A stretch of 64,000 bases of DNA from assembly GCA_016703425.1 (NCBI GenBank), contig JADJCA010000011.1, positions 122,050-186,049 on the forward strand, in the 5' to 3' direction. Every line of letters begins with the position of its first letter. Position 1 is the stretch's first letter. Shown piece after piece: positions 59,098 to 64,000 of the stretch. The translations under genes were made by a program, and so were the position numbers. Below the pieces are notes generated by a model. It searched no databases. It was not told the origin of the DNA and saw only the letters and a program-made list of their open reading frames with translations. This stretch comes from Myxococcales bacterium (GTDB lineage Bacteria; Myxococcota_A; Polyangia; Polyangiales; Polyangiaceae).

Positions 59098-61128
59098 TCA
59101 GCGCCCCGTGTTCGCCGGGCCGGTGTTCGCAGGGAGGCGGCCCCGAAGGACGTTGACGCGAAGCGACGACGCGCGCTCCGGCGTGCGCAGGACCCGGTGG
59201 GTCTCCGTCTGAAAGTCGCTGTCCTTGGCCTGGTAGATGTCGAGGAAGCGCTGCGGGTTCCGATCCACGAGCGGGAACCATGTACTTTGCACGTGCACCA
59301 TGATGCGGTGGCCCGCGCGAAACGTGTGAAGCACGTCGGGGAGTGAGAACCGCACCCGTGTCGGCTCCCCGGGCTTGAAGGGCTCCGGCTTCTCGAAGCT
59401 CGTTCGGAACTTGCCGCGCATCACGTTGGCGCGAACGAGCGCTTGGTAGCCGCCCATGCGGACGCCCTTGGGGTTCGGTTGAGGGTCTTCCGCGTTCTCC
59501 GGGAACACGTCGACGACCTTCACGACCCAGTCGGCGTCGGTCCCCGTGGTGGTGACCCACAGATCGGCTTCGATGGGGCCGGCAATGGTCACATCGCTCT
59601 CGAGTTCGCCGCTCTTGTACACGACGACGTCGGGCCTCCGCGACGCGAAGCGCTGGTCGGCGACCATGTGCTCACGGTCGATGCGCGACGATGGCGCCGC
59701 TTGGTAGGGCACGGGCTTGCCGGGATCGCTCATGAAGGAATCGGCGCCCGGACCTTCTTCGCCGAGCCGCGGCGAGGACTCATCGAGGCCGCCCTTGCCG
59801 TGAAAGAAGAGCGTCGCTTCGCGAACGCCGGCCGGTGGCCACGCGGGGAAGGCTTGCCATCGATTCGTTCCCGTCTCGAAGACCACCGCCTCGGCCTGCG
59901 GCGCCACGCGCGCACCCTTCAAGTGCCGCTTGAAGAACGGCAGCTCCACCTGCTCGCGGTAGGTGAGCGACGTCTTCGCCCCGAAGGTCAGATCGCCGAG
60001 GCGGTCGCCTTCGGAGCGCGCCGAGCGGCCGTGAAACCGGGGCCCCAGGACGAGCGTGTTCTCGCCGCGGCCCTGCCGCTCGATGCTGCGGTAGGTCTCG
60101 AGGGCCCCCCAAAGGTTCTCCGCGTCGAACCACCCGCCGACGGTCATCACGGCCGGCTTGGTGGCCTTGTAGTGCGGCCGCGGATCGCGAGCCTGCCAGA
60201 AGGCGTCGCGGGTGCCGTGCTGCACGATGTCGTTCCAAAAGGGAATCTTCCCTTCGAGGTAGCGAGCGTTCGCGTTGGCGACGGGACCGAGCCGCAAGTA
60301 GAAGTCGTAGATGTCGCCGGTCTCGGTGTCGAAGTCCCACGCCCACTTCGCCGTGGGCTTGGGTCGCACCTTGCCGAAGTTCGCGTAGAAGCCCATGGCG
60401 TCGGCGAGGCACAAGGCACCGTTTCTGTGGAAGTCATCGCCGATGAACCACTCGGTGACGGGCGCCTGCGGCGACACCGCCTTGAGCGCCGGATGGGCGT
60501 CGATGCTGGCCTGCGCCGCATAGAAGCCCGGGTAGGAAATGCCCCACGCGCCGACCTTGCCATTGTTAGCGGGGGCGTTCTTTATCAGCCAGTCGATGGT
60601 GTCCCAGGCGTCGGTCGCCTCGTCGATGTCCTTGGGCCCGACGCCTGCGCGGCGCGGCCGTACGTCGGCGAACGCGCCTTCCGACATCATGCGACCGCGA
60701 ACGTCCTGCTGAACGAAGATGAAGCCATCGCGGACGAAGGCGGCCGACGGCGCCGCCACCTCGATGGACCGAGGGTTCTTGTCGGAAGGGGTGTTGTCGA
60801 CGCCATAAGGCGCGATGCCGTAGGGCGTCCGCAGCAGCATGATGGGGTACTTGCGAGCCTGATCCTTCGGAACGTACATGGCCGTGTAGAGGCGCGTTCC
60901 GTCGCGCATAGGGATCATCTGCACGTATTTCGTGTAGTGCTCACGGAAGGCGCGCGCGACATCAGCGGGCTCCTTGAGCTCGTACGGCACGAGCGGCGCT
61001 TCGGACATCGCGGGCGACGGCGTCGCCACGGCAGGCGGCGGCGCCGCGGCCTTTGGCGCTTGGGCTCCGCATGAGGCGAGCGAACAGAGGAGCATCAGAG
61101 CGAAGTGGCGCGCGCGAGCCGTGACCAT
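59098..61128 (-). CDS. CocE/NonD-family hydrolase (S15 X-Pro dipeptidyl-peptidase-like) lipoprotein
   Basis: Lipobox LLCSLASCG. Nucleophile elbow GAWGISYPGFYAAQA (GxSYxG). Size and C-terminal beta-sandwich region typical of CocE/NonD. Ends with the direct repeat LPANTGPANTGR. Confidence 0.8.
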   Translation of the reverse strand: MVTARARHFALMLLCSLASCGAQAPKAAAPPPAVATPSPAMSEAPLVPYELKEPADVARAFREHYTKYVQMIPMRDGTRLYTAMYVPKDQARKYPIMLLRTPYGIAPYGVDNTPSDKNPRSIEVAAPSAAFVRDGFIFVQQDVRGRMMSEGAFADVRPRRAGVGPKDIDEATDAWDTIDWLIKNAPANNGKVGAWGISYPGFYAAQASIDAHPALKAVSPQAPVTEWFIGDDFHRNGALCLADAMGFYANFGKVRPKPTAKWAWDFDTETGDIYDFYLRLGPVANANARYLEGKIPFWNDIVQHGTRDAFWQARDPRPHYKATKPAVMTVGGWFDAENLWGALETYRSIERQGRGENTLVLGPRFHGRSARSEGDRLGDLTFGAKTSLTYREQVELPFFKRHLKGARVAPQAEAVVFETGTNRWQAFPAWPPAGVREATLFFHGKGGLDESSPRLGEEGPGADSFMSDPGKPVPYQAAPSSRIDREHMVADQRFASRRPDVVVYKSGELESDVTIAGPIEADLWVTTTGTDADWVVKVVDVFPENAEDPQPNPKGVRMGGYQALVRANVMRGKFRTSFEKPEPFKPGEPTRVRFSLPDVLHTFRAGHRIMVHVQSTWFPLVDRNPQRFLDIYQAKDSDFQTETHRVLRTPERASSLRVNVLRGRLPANTGPANTGR

Positions 61129-61172
61129 CGGTGGCCCTTACTCCGAGACTCGATGCGCGTCGATCGGCGGTC

Positions 61173-61661
61173 TCAGAGGCGTCGCTCGAAGTACCGAACG
61201 GTCTTGCCGCGGTCCGGCAAGAAGGCCTCGCCAACGGGCATAAAGCCCATGGCGAGATGGAACGCGTCGGACGCCGGGTTGGGCGGCTCGGCGTTCACTT
61301 CGCAACAGAGGAGCGGCACGCCGACCGCTTGGCCGTGTTCCATCAGAGCCTCGTAGAGCGCCCGCGCCAAACCCCGCTTCTGCGCGTGCGCGGCGACGCA
61401 CACGCGGTCGACGTAGAGGAAGCGGAGGTGGCGCGCCAAGAACCACGAATGGTTCGGTCCCTGAGGCGGCGTTCGTTCGTCGAAGGCTATGAGGAAGGCG
61501 TCGGGAGCGCCCTCCGGTCCGAGGGCCAAGCGCGCCGCCGCAGCGGCGACGAGCCGTTCCAACTGCGCCGCGTCGAGGAGGCTCAGCTCGGCGGCGTGCG
61601 CGTTGTTGATGGCGAGCACCGTGGGCAGGTCGCTCGGGGCTATTTCGCGGACCGCGGGCAC
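61173..61661 (-). CDS. GNAT-family N-acetyltransferase
   Basis: AcCoA-binding motif in VDRVCVAAHAQKRGLARALYEAL (Q/R-x-x-G-x-A). 162 aa. Confidence 0.7.
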   Translation of the reverse strand: MPAVREIAPSDLPTVLAINNAHAAELSLLDAAQLERLVAAAAARLALGPEGAPDAFLIAFDERTPPQGPNHSWFLARHLRFLYVDRVCVAAHAQKRGLARALYEALMEHGQAVGVPLLCCEVNAEPPNPASDAFHLAMGFMPVGEAFLPDRGKTVRYFERRL

Positions 61662-61709
61662 GTCGCGAGCCTACCGCAAAGCGCTGCAAGCTGATTTGAT
61701 GGCTCGCCC

Positions 61710-62279
61710 GTGCCGGCTCCTCTTCACGAGCTCGATCAAAGGCTCGATCGCCTCCTCGCGAAGGCGCGCGCCCTCGCCGAGCTCGCCGTGATTGACGAAG
61801 TCGCGCTCTCGCCGGGCGCAACACCGGCCGAGCTTTCGGTGTTGGAGGCGCACCTCGGGTTCGCGCTTCCGCCGGAGCTTGCCTGGCTCCTGCGACGAAC
61901 GAACGGCGCCAAAGGCTTGCTCCTCTTCTTCGATCTCTTGGCCGCATCGGACATGATGCCAGGCTCGAGCGGTCACGAGCGCAGCGAGGCCCTGAAGAAG
62001 AGCGCTGTCGACGGACGTCCGATCGTGCCACCTACGGCCCTCGTGTTCGCCGACAAGCGCGGCGATCAGCCCGACTGCGTCTGGTTCGAACCGACGCCGG
62101 ATGGAGTCTGGCGCGTGGTGACGTTCGTTCCACCTTCCGGCGCCATCGTCGACGAGGACCTGCACGCCTTCCTCGCGCGCCTTGAGAAGCGCTGCGATTG
62201 GCTCCTCGAGGACGCGGGCGAAGCGCTCCGCGCCGACCTGGCGATCTTCGGTGATGCCGACGAAGAGGGCGCCGGGTAG
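61710..62279 (+). CDS. SMI1/KNR4 (SUKH-superfamily) protein, a family that includes polymorphic-toxin immunity proteins
   Basis: SUKH-1 core ATPAELSVLEAHLGFALPPELAWLLRRTNG (a.e..lE..LG..lP..Y..FL..NG pattern). 189 aa with GTG start. No adjacent toxin gene was recognised. Confidence 0.55.
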   Translation: MPAPLHELDQRLDRLLAKARALAELAVIDEVALSPGATPAELSVLEAHLGFALPPELAWLLRRTNGAKGLLLFFDLLAASDMMPGSSGHERSEALKKSAVDGRPIVPPTALVFADKRGDQPDCVWFEPTPDGVWRVVTFVPPSGAIVDEDLHAFLARLEKRCDWLLEDAGEALRADLAIFGDADEEGAG

Positions 62280-62308
62280 CTCGGCGACGTGGCGTACCAT
62301 CGCAGCTG

Positions 62309-63088
62309 ATGAATCTGCATGGCGCCGCGGCGAGGAAGACGGCGATGGGCGCGGCGCTGGCGTGCGCAGTCGTTTGCGTAACCTCTCTCCTTCACGCGCA
62401 GGCTCACGCCCCGGCCGATGCGGGAGCACAAGGAGACGCGGGCTCGGTCGCCGCGTCGCTCGACGAGGCGGAAGCGCTCGCATCGAAAGGGCACGTCATC
62501 GAGGCGCTGAAGAAGACGCACGACGTCCTCGGCGCCCTCGCGTCTTCGGGTGCGCCGCCGGCCGAGGCGGAGCGCACGAGGGCGCTCGCACGCCGGCTGC
62601 TCGACATGGCGGCGCGCGTCACGTTCACCCTGAGTCCGAGCGACGTAACGGACGTCGCGATCGAGTTCGACAATCGAGCCATCGCGCCGGGGGCGCTTGG
62701 CAAGACCTACTCCGTCAACCCCGGTGAGCACGTGATTCGCGGCCACGCCGTTGGCAAAGACAAGCAACCCCTCGTCGCCAATCAGACGCTCTTCATTAGG
62801 CCCGGCGAGACGACGAACGTCACGGTCGCGTTCGGAACCGAATCGCCGTTTTGCACCGGAACGGTTTGCCTCACCCCCACGCAGCTCACCTGCATGAAGG
62901 CCGTGAAGACCGCGGAAGAAGAAGCTGCGTGCGCGTGCGGCGGCGGCGGCGGCAGCGAGGTCGCGCAGCGACCCGGTTGCCACGCGTGTGCCATCGGACA
63001 AGGCTCGCGCGCCAGTACGCCGGCCCTCGCGGCCCTCGCCATGGTCTTCGCGGCCATGAGCCTTCGTCGCCGCCGCGCCGCGCCGTGA
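62309..63088 (+). CDS. secreted protein with a C-terminal MYXO-CTERM sorting domain
   Basis: Signal peptide MGAALACAVVCVTSLLHAQA. The C-terminus CACGGGGGSEVAQRPGCHACAIGQGSRASTPALAALAMVFAAMSLRRRRAAP* has the Cys-containing hinge, hydrophobic helix and Arg cluster of the MYXO-CTERM signal. Confidence 0.7.
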   Translation: MNLHGAAARKTAMGAALACAVVCVTSLLHAQAHAPADAGAQGDAGSVAASLDEAEALASKGHVIEALKKTHDVLGALASSGAPPAEAERTRALARRLLDMAARVTFTLSPSDVTDVAIEFDNRAIAPGALGKTYSVNPGEHVIRGHAVGKDKQPLVANQTLFIRPGETTNVTVAFGTESPFCTGTVCLTPTQLTCMKAVKTAEEEAACACGGGGGSEVAQRPGCHACAIGQGSRASTPALAALAMVFAAMSLRRRRAAP

Positions 63089-63102
63089 GGGTCAGCCGTG
63101 AG

Positions 63103-64000
63103 TCATGGCGTGACGCGCAGGGCAGGGAAAAACGGTAGCTCGACGCTGCATCCGCCGATGGGCGTGAAGACGACGCGGGCCTCGTCAGGGCGCGCAACGT
63201 CGAGGTCGACGATGGCCGAGATGGAGACGTCGCCGGTCACGGCCTTCTCGACGGCACGCTCGAGCCCGAAGGCCGCCATCGCAGCGCCAAGGCCAGGCAG
63301 CGCGTCTTCGCGCGCGGAGCGGACCATGTTCAGGCAGGGCGTCTTCGCGGAGGCGAGCTCGAGATGCACCTTGGGGCTCGCGCCAAACGAGGCCGAGCCC
63401 GAGGCCGTGCCTTGCAACGGGCCAAAGGCGAACGTGCCATCGGCGAGGCGAGCCACTTTCTCGTCGCCTTCGTAGCGAAACGAGAGCTGCGCCTTCGCCG
63501 CCATCGCGGCACCTTTGAGGTTGAGTCGTGAGGTGGCCACGTGGACGCGGCCGCTCGTCTTTAGTCCGACCTTGTCGTGTGCGATGTCAACGTCGAGCGT
63601 CGCGTCACCGGGGAACGCGGCGAGGTCCACGAGGCCCATGGCGCTCGCCTTCTGCGACTTGACGCGCACCTCGATGTGAGCGCTCGCGCCGCGCGTCACG
63701 CGCTTGAGCGTCGCGGCCTCGGGCGCGCCGGGCGCGAGTCTCACGACTTGTTCATCGCCCTCCGGTGTGCGCCGCCACGCAAGCTGCCACGGTCCGCGAA
63801 AGGGCTTGCCGCCCTGAAGTACGGCCAGCTCGCCCTCCAAGAAGAACGTGGCCCCGGCGCCGTCGAGGGAGCCCCGCAAGCCGCGCGCGACAAGACCGAG
63901 CGCGCCCACGGGGACGTTGTCGACAACGACGCTGCCATCACTCACCGTCACGGTGGGAGCCTTTCCCTGACCGCCGGGAGCGCCCGACGTGGACGCCCCG
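63103..64000 (-). CDS. hypothetical protein, 5'-partial (continues beyond the window end)
   Basis: Open frame from the window edge to the stop at 63103. Gly/Ala/Val-rich beta-like composition. The first in-window Met is at 63951, but the frame is open to position 64000. Confidence 0.35.
   Translation of the reverse strand, partial: GASTSGAPGGQGKAPTVTVSDGSVVVDNVPVGALGLVARGLRGSLDGAGATFFLEGELAVLQGGKPFRGPWQLAWRRTPEGDEQVVRLAPGAPEAATLKRVTRGASAHIEVRVKSQKASAMGLVDLAAFPGDATLDVDIAHDKVGLKTSGRVHVATSRLNLKGAAMAAKAQLSFRYEGDEKVARLADGTFAFGPLQGTASGSASFGASPKVHLELASAKTPCLNMVRSAREDALPGLGAAMAAFGLERAVEKAVTGDVSISAIVDLDVARPDEARVVFTPIGGCSVELPFFPALRVTP

Noticed and set aside
59098-59140. Direct DNA repeat encoding PANTGPANTG at the CocE/NonD C-terminus
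   Set aside because: Trivial 15-bp duplication at a protein terminus, too short to interpret.

Overview
This is a 64 kb window of very high-GC (about 70%) bacterial chromosome that looks myxobacterial. It contains a MYXO-CTERM sorting-tail protein, AgmX/PglI-type domains, two ECF sigma/anti-sigma pairs, many secreted lipoproteins, FHA and PilZ proteins. The six-frame track is full of Arg-rich shadow ORFs typical of high-GC DNA. Genes were therefore called from recognisable family motifs, signal-peptide/lipobox positions, GC1>GC2 codon-position bias and operon geometry, including repeated 4-bp ATGA stop/start overlaps.

Recognisable housekeeping genes are tex, dnaK, pcnB, nhaA, hpt, comEC/rec2, lepB, rarA, yggS, rpoZ and a fabH-like KAS III. 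No rRNA, tRNA, CRISPR array, transposase or integrase was found.

The most interesting locus is a tightly packed minus-strand cluster at about 44.7-51.3 kb. Its six genes are a KAS III-like protein, a DUF692/MNIO enzyme (MbnB/TglH/BufB family) with a long C-terminal extension, a nucleotidyltransferase, a 4-TM membrane protein whose C-terminus is an SSSSC-(GGGGGC)3-G tail, a 478-aa hypothetical, and a TauD-like Fe/2OG dioxygenase. This looks like an undescribed MNIO system whose substrate is a membrane-anchored Gly/Cys repeat tail rather than a free precursor peptide.

Other notable features:
- A perfect 51-bp direct repeat flanks an inserted PQQ-propeller lipoprotein gene and duplicates the promoter and first 11 codons of a kinase gene.
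- An ECF sigma / zinc-finger anti-sigma / caspase-fold protein with a C-terminal barrel-like tail forms one operon.
- Four copies of a 13-bp tandem repeat lie in a divergent promoter region.
- In-frame 15-bp tandem repeats sit inside a signal-anchor coding region.
- Two genes show apparent frameshifts: a Cys-rich lipoprotein and a YyaL-like thioredoxin-domain protein.
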